Source of the DNA: an uncultured Deferribacteres bacterium
Lineage (GTDB): Bacteria > Zhuqueibacterota > Zhuqueibacteria > Zhuqueibacterales > Geothermadaptataceae
Assembly (NCBI GenBank): GCA_964014485.1
Contig: CAXHAT010000008.1
Location: 6,958 to 70,957 of the forward strand
Direction of reading: 5' to 3'
Length of the DNA stretch: 64,000 nucleotides
Positions within the stretch are counted from its first letter, which is position 1; each line of letters opens with the position of its first letter. Made by a program: the position numbers and the translations under genes. Below the pieces are notes generated by a model. That model worked only from the letters and a program-made list of their open reading frames with translations. It ran no database searches and was not told where the DNA came from. Shown piece by piece: positions 27,478 through 37,161 of this stretch.

Positions 27478-28983
27478 TTAGAAACCGAGCAAGTCTTTTA
27501 TGAAGGCAAAGCGCGAGCTTTTGACCAGGAGGGCGAAGGCGACGAGCAGGCTCAACCCCAAAATGTACTCAAACGTGACGACCTTTAAGAAACTCCCGCC
27601 GCCGAATAATCCGCTGTAGCCAGCGTTTGACCAGTCTTTTTTCCACCGGATGCCGAGCAGGACGGAGAAGCTGAAATAGATGGAATGCCAAATTCTTTCC
27701 AAGCCGCTGATGTGCGCAGACAGCTTTGTAAAATCCACCATGTTGGCCTTAAAAAACGGACGATTCTTTACGCTGAGCGAGACGGTTTTGCCTTTTGTTT
27801 CCTTCAGATCGTCTTTGATGTTTTCCGGCAGATCTGCATTGACGATGAGCGCGACGACGGCGTAGTATTTGAAGTGCCACAAGACGGCGAACAACAGCGC
27901 GATTGGCAGAACGATAAACAGAGCGAACCGCCAAGCTTGATACCCCCAGCCAAAGAACCAGCCGTAGAGAATCCAATGCCATTCCTTTAATATCGCCCTG
28001 CGCTGCCAGGCAAGTTCGTACATAACCGCATCGGCGGAAGCATTGTTTCTCTGGGCGAGAAAATTGTCTCGGAGTTTGTGATAGGTGATTTCTATTTTGC
28101 GGTAATGGTCCGTATTCTCAGAAGGCGGATTCCAAAAAGCGATTCGCAAAGAATCTTTTGCCTTAAATTGATCCCAATAGAACTGAAGCTTGCTCTCAGG
28201 ATAAATGAAAGATTCATCCAGATAAATAAAGTTGACGCTATCGAAATTAGTTTGTCTTAAATCCACTCCCTCCGCAAATGTTGCACTGACGAGATTAACC
28301 GTGCCGCTAAATCGGGCTTGAGAGAACTCTGCTGTGCTGTTGAATCGGGCTTCTCTCAAGTTAATCGTGCTGTTGAATTGGGTACCGCTAAAATCAACTG
28401 TACTATTGAATTCGGCTTTGTAAAAGTCAGCAATACCGTTGAATTGGGCTTCGGAGAAATGAGATATGCTGTCGAATAGGGCTTGGCGGAAGGATACCGT
28501 ACTTTTAAATTGGGCACCGCTGAATCCAGCCGTACTGTTGAATTGTGTTCCTTGAAAGTAAGTCGTACCGTCGAATTGCGCTTGGTAGAAGCCGGCCGTA
28601 CCGTCGAATTTGGTCTGAGAGAAGTATGCTGTGCTATCGAATTGGGCACTATAGAAGTCGGCCATACTGCCGAATTTGGTTTCGAAGAAGTAGGCATCAC
28701 TGTTGAATTCGGCGATGAAGAATTCAGCCGTGCTACTAAATTGAGCTCCCATAAATTCAGCGATGTTGCTAAATTGAGCTCTGAAAAAATAAACTGTGCT
28801 GTCGAATTTAGAACGGCTAAAGCGCGCTTCGGAAAAATTCAACGGCATTCGCGTCATCCATGCTTCATGCCGAGTAGTGTCCGGTATGCCGCCATATGGC
28901 CATGTTGTCGGGTTTTCCTCTTGCCCGAGAGCGGTTGTGCAGGCGAGAAGCACGATGAACGAAGTTTTGCAAACTGAACTCAC
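27478..28983 (-). CDS. Pentapeptide-type repeat membrane protein with a channel-like C-terminus
   Basis: About 17-18 tandem 11-aa repeats (A-x-F-x-x-A-Q-F-N-S-T); GWGY then a TM helix, IYFSF pore-helix-like segment, final TM helix; GTG start. Confidence 0.75.
   Translation of the reverse strand: MSSVCKTSFIVLLACTTALGQEENPTTWPYGGIPDTTRHEAWMTRMPLNFSEARFSRSKFDSTVYFFRAQFSNIAEFMGAQFSSTAEFFIAEFNSDAYFFETKFGSMADFYSAQFDSTAYFSQTKFDGTAGFYQAQFDGTTYFQGTQFNSTAGFSGAQFKSTVSFRQALFDSISHFSEAQFNGIADFYKAEFNSTVDFSGTQFNSTINLREARFNSTAEFSQARFSGTVNLVSATFAEGVDLRQTNFDSVNFIYLDESFIYPESKLQFYWDQFKAKDSLRIAFWNPPSENTDHYRKIEITYHKLRDNFLAQRNNASADAVMYELAWQRRAILKEWHWILYGWFFGWGYQAWRFALFIVLPIALLFAVLWHFKYYAVVALIVNADLPENIKDDLKETKGKTVSLSVKNRPFFKANMVDFTKLSAHISGLERIWHSIYFSFSVLLGIRWKKDWSNAGYSGLFGGGSFLKVVTFEYILGLSLLVAFALLVKSSRFAFIKDLLGF
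28270..28840 (-). repeat. 33-bp-period coding tandem repeat
   Basis: Recurring plus-strand GT(A/G)C(T/C)GT(T/C)GAATT at 33-nt intervals. Confidence 0.8.
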
Positions 28984-29325
28984 GTTGACCTTTTCAAATA
29001 TTCTTCAAATCTGCTAAAACACGCATAAGCAGCACTCGGAACAACAACCACCGATTTAGTACCAAAACGGGGCGTTTTTCCCGCAAGCCGGTTTACGAAG
29101 TAGCAAACGCCTTACCTGCTCGTTCCTATGTGTGTGTGTCTTCTGCAAAGGGCTTGGTAAAAAAAGCAGCGCTACAAACGAAGGAAGAGATCAAGATGAT
29201 TTGCCGTAAGTGCCGGGATATTGGCGCAGTTTCAGATTATGGGGTAAGGAGACTCGTTTTTGCTCGGGGAAGGAAATCAGCAAATTAGCGGGGATTCAGT
29301 TTTAATCTCAAGAACACAACACCCG

Positions 29326-29392
29326 GTCATTCCTGCGCAGGCAGGAATCCAGAACGCGCGGAAGACTGGACTCCCGCCTTCGCGGGAGTGAC
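29326..29392. repeat. GTCATTCC(C/T)GC..GC(G/A)GGAATCCAG-type palindromic doublet
   Basis: GTCATTCCTGCGCAGGCAGGAATCCAG..CTGGACTCCCGCCTTCGCGGGAGTGAC; degenerate half copy at 12052-12070. Confidence 0.75.
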
Positions 29393-29466
29393 ATGGCTGA
29401 ACGGAATTTGAAGAATCGTCCCGGAAAATCTGTGAATCCGTTTTCCGAGACGATTATTTCAAGCTT

Positions 29467-32400
29467 TTAACTGGCGGGTTCGCTGCCGCGTAGCATTGCC
29501 GGTTGGTCGATGGGGGCGAGTTCGCCGGTTGGCTGTTCTTTGCGCAGGTAGAGCGAGAACAGTTTCATGAAGTAGATGCGCAGGTCGTCGAAGATAGTGT
29601 AAAGGAACGGCACGGCGACGAGGGAGAGAATGGTCGAGGTGAGCAGGCCGCCGATGATGGTGCGTCCCATCGGCGCGTAGGGGATGCCGATCATTGCTGC
29701 GTTGCCGACGGCCATCGGGATGAGGCCGCCGATGGTGGTGAAGGCCGTCATCAAAATCGGGCGGAAACGCTGCTTGCCGCCTTCAATGATGGCGTCAAAG
29801 CGGCTGTAGCCTTCCTTGCGCAAACGATTGATCAAGTCGATCAAAACAATGCCGTTGTTGACCACAATTCCCACCAGAATCACCATGCCGAGACGACTCA
29901 TGAAATCGATGGGCGTGCCGCTCAAGTACATCAGCCAGAACGCGCCGACAAAGGCGAACGGAATCGAAAACAGAATCGACAGCGGCAGAATCCACGATTC
30001 GAACAGGATGCCCATGATCAGGTAAACGAAAGTGATCGAAAGAATCATGGCGAAGAAGATCGCATCGTTGCGCTCCTGCTGCATGTTAAAGCTGCGGCCC
30101 TTGCCCCAAGTGTAACCGTAAGGCATTTCAAAGCTGGCCATGGCAAGATCGACTTTTTCCTGCAAGGCGCTTTTGTTGTCCTCGGTGGAGTTGGCCTTGA
30201 TCGACAGGAACGTTTTGCCGTTCTCGCGCCGAATTTCGCCCACGCCCTTGGTGATGGTAAATGACGCGACGGCGTCCAGCGGGACTTCCTTCCCGGCGCT
30301 GGTGAAGAAAGTCATGTTTTTGAGCTGAGTCAAATTCTTGCGGTCCGACTCGCGCAATTGAATTTGCACGTCGATTTCCTTGTCCTCGGCGTAGTACTTC
30401 GGCAGCGGGATGCCGCGCACGGCGTATTGCACGGTGCCGGAAATCATCTGCGGCGAGATGCCGTATTTTTTCGCCTGCTCACGCTTGATCGTCAGGTGGA
30501 TTTCGTCTTTGCCCTTCTCGCGGTCGGTCTCGATGCTGACAATCTCTTCAACCCTGCTCAAGCGGCGCTCAACTTCTTTGGAAAGATCGACCAGCGTACC
30601 GGTATCATCGCCGTAGAGCGTAATTTCGATGGACGAATCGTCTCGGCCGCTGCGTCGCCAGCGGGTGCGAATATCAACGCCGGCGAATTTCGGCAGGCGT
30701 TCGTTCAAATCTTCGACAACTTCATCGCGCGGCATAACGCCGTCCGGCAAAACGCCGAATTTCTTGAGAATATTATCGTACACGACTTCGAACCACTCTT
30801 TCTTCGGCGGCGGGGTGAGGAAGACGCGCATTTGTCCCCAGGTGGCGCTGTAGCGCGAGTTAATGGTGCGAATGCCGTACGCTTCTTTTTTGGCCCAGAC
30901 CGTGTCTTCGACGGCTTGAAAGAGCTTTTCCGTATCGTCGAGCGCATAGTTGTCCGGCAGTTCAAAAAACAGGCGGATGTCGTTGATGTTGCCTTCCGAA
31001 TCGTCGGTGGATTTGGCGTTGCTGGCAGCGAACTGCATCGAAGCGATGACGCCGATGAGAATGAGAAAAGTCCACATGCGGTTGCCCATCGTCCATCGCA
31101 GCATCCCCTGGTAAAAATTGTTCGAGCGAACGATGATCCTGGGCTCTTCCACCTTTCGCTTGCTGACGATTTTCGTGGCGGCCAGCGGAATGAAAATCAT
31201 GGCGATAATGAGAGAAGCGACCAGTGAAACGATCACTGGGAGGCCAAGCCGCAGCATGAAAAATTTGGCGTCGCTTTCGTCGTTCATCAAAATCATCGGC
31301 AGGAAAACAACGACGGTGGTCAGCGTCGCCATGGTGATCGCGAGGCCGACTTCGCTGGCGCCGAACAGCCCGGCTTTCTTATCGTTCAGCCCCTGCGCGC
31401 GACGGCGGTAGATGTTTTCCAAAACCACAATCGAGTTATCGACGACCATGCCGATGGAAATCATCAGGCCCATCATGGTGATCAGATTCAGGCTCCAGCC
31501 GGAGAAGTAGATTACGATCAACGTGATGAGCAAAGACAGCGGGATTGCGACGTTGACGATCAGCGTCATGCGGAAACGGCGCAGGAAAAAGAACAGGATG
31601 AGAAACGCGAAAACGCCGCCCCAGAGCGCTGCGTTTTGCAGGTTCGAAACCGACTCGACGATCCAGTCGCCCTGGTTGAACAGAATGTCCATTTTGAAAT
31701 TGGCAAGGCGCGGATCCTGGCCGTATTCATTGACGAAAAGATCGTTGACGCGCTGGCAAATTTCGACGGTGTTGGCTTCCGATTCTTTGAAAATGCCCAC
31801 GCCGACCGCCGGGCTGCCGTCGATTTTGTTGCGCCAACGTCGCTCCGGCACGTCGTACTTGACCTCGGCGACGTCCTTCAAACGAATGTTTGCGCCTTTG
31901 ATTGGCAGATTTTGGATTTGATCCAGCGTTTTGAATTTGCCCTGGGAGCGCACGTAAATTTCCCGCCCGCCTTCCGTGACATTGCCGCTGGAAACGGCAA
32001 AATTGTCATCACGCAGATTTTGAATCACTTCAAAAAGATTGATTTTGTGCGCCTTGACCAGGTCCTGGTTGATGTGAATCAAGATCGATTTTTCATCCGC
32101 GCCCCAAACCTCGACTTTTGCAATGCCGTCGACGCGTTCGAGCGGTTTTTTGACGTACTGCTCGATCATCAGGTAAGCGTCTTCCATCGGCTCTTTTTCG
32201 GCAAAGGAAACCCAGAGAATCGGCTCGTCGTCGTTGCTCCATTTTTCGATGTAAATGCGCTCGAAATCGTCCGGCAGTTCGGTTTTGACGCGCTCCATGC
32301 GGTCGCGCACATTCGCGTAGGCGACCTTCATATCCGCGCCGTTGGCGAACTCGATAAACGCCCACATGCCGTTTCCGTGACTGGTGGTTTGCACGCGACG

Positions 32401-32646
32401 CACGCCGCTTACCGTGCGCAATTGCTCTTCAATCGGCTTGGTGATTTGCTCTTCAATTTCTTGCGGATTGGAATTTGAGTAAGGCGCCGAGACGAACAGG
32501 AAATTCGGCGTAAAACCGGAGGGCATGAGTTCGGTCGGCGTTTGTTTAAAAGCGATAAAGCCGACGACGAGCATCGCGCAGAGAATCATGATCACCGTTA
32601 CGGGACGGTTGATCGCAAAGCGGGGGAGCAAGCTGGATTTTTCCAT
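29467..32646 (-). CDS. RND transporter permease subunit (AcrB/MdtB-C-like), subunit 2
   Basis: AINRPVT, GMVVDNSIVVLENI, ATLTTVVVFLP, LFES, VVNNGIVLID, RFRPILMTAFTT. Confidence 0.93.
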   Translation of the reverse strand: MEKSSLLPRFAINRPVTVIMILCAMLVVGFIAFKQTPTELMPSGFTPNFLFVSAPYSNSNPQEIEEQITKPIEEQLRTVSGVRRVQTTSHGNGMWAFIEFANGADMKVAYANVRDRMERVKTELPDDFERIYIEKWSNDDEPILWVSFAEKEPMEDAYLMIEQYVKKPLERVDGIAKVEVWGADEKSILIHINQDLVKAHKINLFEVIQNLRDDNFAVSSGNVTEGGREIYVRSQGKFKTLDQIQNLPIKGANIRLKDVAEVKYDVPERRWRNKIDGSPAVGVGIFKESEANTVEICQRVNDLFVNEYGQDPRLANFKMDILFNQGDWIVESVSNLQNAALWGGVFAFLILFFFLRRFRMTLIVNVAIPLSLLITLIVIYFSGWSLNLITMMGLMISIGMVVDNSIVVLENIYRRRAQGLNDKKAGLFGASEVGLAITMATLTTVVVFLPMILMNDESDAKFFMLRLGLPVIVSLVASLIIAMIFIPLAATKIVSKRKVEEPRIIVRSNNFYQGMLRWTMGNRMWTFLILIGVIASMQFAASNAKSTDDSEGNINDIRLFFELPDNYALDDTEKLFQAVEDTVWAKKEAYGIRTINSRYSATWGQMRVFLTPPPKKEWFEVVYDNILKKFGVLPDGVMPRDEVVEDLNERLPKFAGVDIRTRWRRSGRDDSSIEITLYGDDTGTLVDLSKEVERRLSRVEEIVSIETDREKGKDEIHLTIKREQAKKYGISPQMISGTVQYAVRGIPLPKYYAEDKEIDVQIQLRESDRKNLTQLKNMTFFTSAGKEVPLDAVASFTITKGVGEIRRENGKTFLSIKANSTEDNKSALQEKVDLAMASFEMPYGYTWGKGRSFNMQQERNDAIFFAMILSITFVYLIMGILFESWILPLSILFSIPFAFVGAFWLMYLSGTPIDFMSRLGMVILVGIVVNNGIVLIDLINRLRKEGYSRFDAIIEGGKQRFRPILMTAFTTIGGLIPMAVGNAAMIGIPYAPMGRTIIGGLLTSTILSLVAVPFLYTIFDDLRIYFMKLFSLYLRKEQPTGELAPIDQPAMLRGSEPAS

Positions 32647-32697
32647 GGGGTCACCTGGTCAAGGTTTCTGTAATACTCTCTTCTCTCAAACGGGAAT

Positions 32698-32837
32698 TGG
32701 AGTGATGGAATAGTGGAGTTTTGGATTGATGGATTTTCAGGATGCGGAGCATCCAGTGGTTCCCCTCCCCGGAGGGGAATAATGCGCGCTTCGCGCGGGC
32801 TTCCATCAATCCACTAATCCAACATTCCAAAACTCCA
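32698..32837. repeat. Inverted 8-bp repeat arrays enclosing small hairpins, between the two RND genes
   Basis: TGGAGTGA TGGAATAG TGGAGTTT TGGATTGA .. TCCATCAA TCCACTAA TCCAACAT TCCAAAAC; internal TTCCCCTCC-CC-GGAGGGGAA. Confidence 0.75.
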
Positions 32838-32842
32838 TTCTT

Positions 32843-35800
32843 TCAACTCTTCCGATCCACAAGACTGTAAACCGTCGGGATGACGACGAGGGTCAGGATT
32901 GTGGCGGTGAGCAGGCCGAAAATTACCGTAATCGCCATCGGCGTGCGAATTTCAGCGCCGTCGCCGAAGCCAATGGCCATGGGCAGCAGGCCGAGAACCG
33001 TGGTCGATGTGGTCATCAAAATCGGGCGCAGACGCACGCGGCCCGCTTCGACGATGGCCTGCATTTTTTCCATGCCGCGATCGCGCAATTGGTTGATGTA
33101 ATCGACCAGTACAATCGCGTTGTTAACCACAATGCCCGCCAGCATGATCATGCCGAGAAAGACGACAATGCTGAGCGGAATATTCAAAATATAGAGAAAC
33201 GCGACCACGCCAATGATCGCCAGCGGTATCGTAAAAATGATGATAAACGGATGCACCAGCGACTCGAATTGCGAGGCCATCACGATGTAAACCAGGAAAA
33301 TAGCCAGCGCCAAAGCCAGCGTTAAACTGTTCATCGAAGTTTCCATTTCCTTGTTCTGTCCCGCGAGCGTGTAAGTGAAACCTTGCGGCAGATTGGTTTC
33401 GCTCATGAGCGTGTGGATGTCGTTGCTCACGCTGCGCAAGTCACGCCCGCCGCCGATGTTGGCGGTGATGAGCGCCGTGCGTTGTTGGTCAACGCGGCGA
33501 ATTTCCGACGGGCCTTCATTGACGCGCAATTCAGCAACCGCTGAAAGCGGGATCGGCTTGGGCGAACCTGGATTAACGATCAAACGGCCAAGATTTTCGA
33601 TGCTCTGCCGGTCTTGTTCGCGCAACTGCACGAGCACGTCGATGCGGCGATCTTGCTGTTTGAATTCCGTCGCGACGTCGCCGCGAACCTTGTTGCGGAT
33701 GATGGACGCTACGTCGCGCACGTTCAGACCGTAGAGCGCGAGACGTTGACGATTGTAAAGGATTTGCACTTCCGGATTGCCCGCCTGCATACTCGATTTT
33801 ACGTCGAACAAGCCGGGGATTTGCTGCAACTCTTCCTCGAGTCGTTGCGCGGTTTGCTTGAGCACGGCCAAATTGTAACCGTGGATTTCAAGCTCGATGG
33901 GCGTTTTGAAGCTGAATAAAACCGGGAGCGCAATTTTCCATTGGATGCCGGAATAGTCGCCCATTTGTTCACGAATCGCGGTGATCAAAGCGTCTTCGTC
34001 AACGTCAGTCTGATCGCGATCCACCATGACGGTCAATTTTGCGGTATGCTCGCCTTCTTCGCTGGTGGAGCTGGCGCTTTTGTCCGTGCCGGAAACCGCC
34101 GCTATCATGCCAACTCCGGCCATTTGCTGCACTTCATTCTGGATTTCGCCGATGCGCGAATCCGTGCGTTCCACCGGCGTGCCGACCGGCATGGAAACTT
34201 CAACGTTAAATTCGCCTTGATTAACTTCGGGAATCAATTCGCTTCCCAAACGCGGCCAAATGACAAAAACGGAGAAAATGAAGAGCGCCGCCATGCCGCC
34301 GAGCACCGCACTGCGATTTTGCAACGCACTGCCAAGAAGTTTTGGATAAGCTTTTTCGATTGCGCCAATAACAACATTGAAAACGGCAAAAACCAGAGCC
34401 GCCGGAACCGTGAATAATAGTTGCAATTGCAGCCAGGCAAATTTCAGCAGCAGCATCACCGAAGTGATGACCAAATGAAAAACACGGAAACTCGCTTCAA
34501 GTAAAAGATAGATAAAGAATTTGACGATGTAGAGCGTGAAAACGATAGGCGCGAAAATCGCTTTGAAGATTTTCTTGATGATCGAGCTTTCGGAAAACGC
34601 AGTCTTAAATTTTCTGAAATCGTTGTAGCACTCGCTCAGTGATTGGAAAGATAAGAATGTCGGCCAGAGGTTTTGAATGAATTTGAAATTCCAAATCGCG
34701 GAAGTGTTTTGTGAGTAGCCGCCGAATTTTTCAGAGATATTGAATTTGACCAGTCGCACAAGCTTGCCGAGGCCGAGAACAGGCGTGAGTATTAAAAGAA
34801 TCGGCAGGCTAAAGAGCTTTAAAAGGGCGATGACAAATCCGCCCAGCGCTTGCAAAATTTTGAAAGCGAAAAGGCCGAAATTCAACACAAACGCCCAGGT
34901 GCCTTTGCCCAATCGTGAAAACAGGCTCAAGTCGTTGGATTTATCGAAGGCTGCGTTGACGTGTTTCTCGCTCGAGAACGAAAAGACGCTGCCTTGCATC
35001 ACGTCTTTCAGTGCCGCGCCGCCGGAGAATGATTTGAGGCTGCGGGAAGAAAGCATGGGAATCAGAAACAATGCAACGGCAAGCGAGGCGAAAAGTGAGA
35101 AAACAACCGTGAGCGCCATGTCGCCAAAAATCTGCCCGGCCACGCCTTCGACGAAAACGATGGGGAAAAATACCGCGACCGTTGTGAGCGTCGAGGCGAA
35201 AACCGCGCTGCCGACCTCGCTGACCCCGCGCATTGTCGCTTGAATTAAACCGTCGCCTTCTTCACGGCAACGGGCAATGCTTTCCAGGACGACGATTGAG
35301 TTATCGACGAGCATGCCGATGCCAAGCGCGAGACCGCCGAGGGACATGATGTTGAGCGACACGTCGAAAATTTTCATCGGCGCGAAGGTCGCGACAATGG
35401 AGATCGGGATGGCAATGCCGATAATGAGCGTCGCAGTGAAATTGCGCAGAAAAACGAACAGAACGATGACGGCCAGCAATCCGCCGACGACTGCGGTTGT
35501 TTTAACGTCCGCGATGGAATTTTCGATGAAGACGGATTGGTCGGAGAGTTTGACGATATTCATGCCGTCCGGCAATTCATAGGCGATGAAATTCGTCATC
35601 ATGCGCGTATTGGCGACGCCGTTGCCGCCGGAACTGCCATTCGTCGATTCCGCGGAGCCGTTGGTCATCTCATGCGATTTCGTCGTGTCTTCTTTCTGCG
35701 ATTTCATATTGGCGACGAAAGCCTGCTGTTCCGGCGTGCCGAAAATCCGGTCGGTCACGCGATGTGCGATTTCAACAATGTTCGCGTCCGCTTCTTTGAA

Positions 35801-36745
35801 AATTTCGATCTCGACGCTTTCCTGACCGTCGATGCGGGTGATGATCTCACGTTCACGATTTGTGCGCGAAACGTTTGCAACGTCTTTGATTTTGATTTCG
35901 CGATTGTTCCAGGTTCCGATCACGACTTCGCGAATTTCAGGAACGGTCTTGAATTCGTTGAGCGTGCGGACGAGGTATTCGGTTTGTCCTTCCTTAAGAT
36001 TGCCCCCTGCGAGATTGACATTCTCCTGCGCCAAGCGATTCTTGACCTGCTGAATATCGATGCCGATCAGGGTTAGTTGCTGCTCGTTCAGTTCAACACG
36101 AATTTCTTCTTCCAAACCGCCCTTAACTTTCACCGCCGCTACGCCCGGCAGCGTTTCAAGTTTACGTTTAATGTCTTCTTCGGCAATGTAGCGCGTTCGG
36201 AAGAGTCCGGAAGCGTCAGGTGCGCCGTAGAGTCCGACGCGAATGATGGGATCGAGGGTTGGATCGTAGCGGAGAATGAGCGGACGTTCCGCGTCGTCGG
36301 GTAGGAAGACCTGGTCAAGCTTTTCGCGAACGTCGGCGGTCGCCTGGTTCATGTCCGCGTCCCAGGTAAATTCTAGCTTAACGTCCGATTGTCCCGCTTT
36401 GGAAACCGAGCTGATGCTGACGAGCTTATTGACCACGCCCAGCGCTTGTTCGACGGGGCGGGAAATCGTGGTTTCGATTTCTTCGGGCGCGGTTCCGGTG
36501 TATTCGGTGCGCACGGTCAGCGACGGGTAAGTGATGTCCGGCATCAAATTTAGCGGCAGTTGCGCGTAGGAAATCCAGCCGAACACAACCACGCCGATGA
36601 CGACCATCAAAATGCCGACGGGCTTGGTGGTGGTAAACTTGAAGAACTCACCGCTTCTGCTTGTTGGCGTCAGTGTGGCGTCCTGTTGTTCTTGTAAATC
36701 TTTCTCAGCCGCTTGTTGCAGCGCTTTTTTATCTTGATCTTGCAT
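32843..36745 (-). CDS. RND transporter permease subunit 1 with large insertions (1300 aa)
   Basis: LPLNLMPDITYP, GMLVDNSIVVLESI, ASTLTTVAVFFP, MASQFESLVHP, VVNNAIVLVD, RLRPILMT. Confidence 0.93.
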   Translation of the reverse strand: MQDQDKKALQQAAEKDLQEQQDATLTPTSRSGEFFKFTTTKPVGILMVVIGVVVFGWISYAQLPLNLMPDITYPSLTVRTEYTGTAPEEIETTISRPVEQALGVVNKLVSISSVSKAGQSDVKLEFTWDADMNQATADVREKLDQVFLPDDAERPLILRYDPTLDPIIRVGLYGAPDASGLFRTRYIAEEDIKRKLETLPGVAAVKVKGGLEEEIRVELNEQQLTLIGIDIQQVKNRLAQENVNLAGGNLKEGQTEYLVRTLNEFKTVPEIREVVIGTWNNREIKIKDVANVSRTNREREIITRIDGQESVEIEIFKEADANIVEIAHRVTDRIFGTPEQQAFVANMKSQKEDTTKSHEMTNGSAESTNGSSGGNGVANTRMMTNFIAYELPDGMNIVKLSDQSVFIENSIADVKTTAVVGGLLAVIVLFVFLRNFTATLIIGIAIPISIVATFAPMKIFDVSLNIMSLGGLALGIGMLVDNSIVVLESIARCREEGDGLIQATMRGVSEVGSAVFASTLTTVAVFFPIVFVEGVAGQIFGDMALTVVFSLFASLAVALFLIPMLSSRSLKSFSGGAALKDVMQGSVFSFSSEKHVNAAFDKSNDLSLFSRLGKGTWAFVLNFGLFAFKILQALGGFVIALLKLFSLPILLILTPVLGLGKLVRLVKFNISEKFGGYSQNTSAIWNFKFIQNLWPTFLSFQSLSECYNDFRKFKTAFSESSIIKKIFKAIFAPIVFTLYIVKFFIYLLLEASFRVFHLVITSVMLLLKFAWLQLQLLFTVPAALVFAVFNVVIGAIEKAYPKLLGSALQNRSAVLGGMAALFIFSVFVIWPRLGSELIPEVNQGEFNVEVSMPVGTPVERTDSRIGEIQNEVQQMAGVGMIAAVSGTDKSASSTSEEGEHTAKLTVMVDRDQTDVDEDALITAIREQMGDYSGIQWKIALPVLFSFKTPIELEIHGYNLAVLKQTAQRLEEELQQIPGLFDVKSSMQAGNPEVQILYNRQRLALYGLNVRDVASIIRNKVRGDVATEFKQQDRRIDVLVQLREQDRQSIENLGRLIVNPGSPKPIPLSAVAELRVNEGPSEIRRVDQQRTALITANIGGGRDLRSVSNDIHTLMSETNLPQGFTYTLAGQNKEMETSMNSLTLALALAIFLVYIVMASQFESLVHPFIIIFTIPLAIIGVVAFLYILNIPLSIVVFLGMIMLAGIVVNNAIVLVDYINQLRDRGMEKMQAIVEAGRVRLRPILMTTSTTVLGLLPMAIGFGDGAEIRTPMAITVIFGLLTATILTLVVIPTVYSLVDRKS

Positions 36746-36848
36746 TTTTTCTCTTCCACTCAGCTTATTGGCAATCGAGAATCGTTATTTCAATTCATCT
36801 CGCAGGTAGAATCTTCGACAGCTTGGTCAATCAGTCTCCGATGTCGAA

Positions 36849-37036
36849 GACCCCAAGGGGGTCGAATGTAATAGCGAAGGGCAACGCCCTGGAAAAACGA
36901 TTCCTAAAAAGTGTTATTCAAGCCCTGAAAGGGCGAGATAATTTTGTGTGTCGCCCTTACAGGGCTTGAGGAAACGTGATGCGCTATTTAAACCCAGGGC
37001 GTTGCCCTGGGCTATTATGTTTTGCTCCGTTGGAGC
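36849..37036. mobile_element. Non-autonomous palindromic element resembling IS200/IS605-associated repeats
   Basis: AGGGCAACGCCCTGG (36878) pairs with CCAGGGCGTTGCCCT (36994); TCAAGCCCTGAAAGGGCGA pairs with TCGCCCTTACAGGGCTTGA. Confidence 0.65.
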
Positions 37037-37092
37037 ATTTTTCTGTTTTGGGAATTCGAAGTTGTTGGGGAAATCTTTGTAAGAATCGATGC

Positions 37093-37132
37093 GCGGACGT
37101 AACGCAGACATCCTTGTCTGCGTTACGTCCGC
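37093..37132. repeat. REP-like hairpin with a perfect 18-bp stem
   Basis: GCGGACGTAACGCAGACA-TCCT-TGTCTGCGTTACGTCCGC. Confidence 0.75.
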
Positions 37133-37161
37133 GGCGGCTCTGGAGAAAACTTGTTTTGCCG

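Noticed and set aside
28270-28840. 33-bp periodic repeats as a CRISPR array or DGR variable region
   Set aside because: The repeats are degenerate, contiguous and in frame within a CDS. There are no spacers, cas genes or reverse transcriptase in the window.
29005-29320. attC-like end upstream of the pentapeptide gene (minus strand TTATGCGTGTTTTAGCAG)
   Set aside because: The core does not fit GTTRRRY and no matching inverted half is visible.
29503-32478. Long plus-strand ORFs (253, 289, 280 aa) opposite the RND gene, and similar antisense ORFs elsewhere
   Set aside because: These are shadow ORFs from GC-rich codon bias on the coding strand, with no motifs or RBS.
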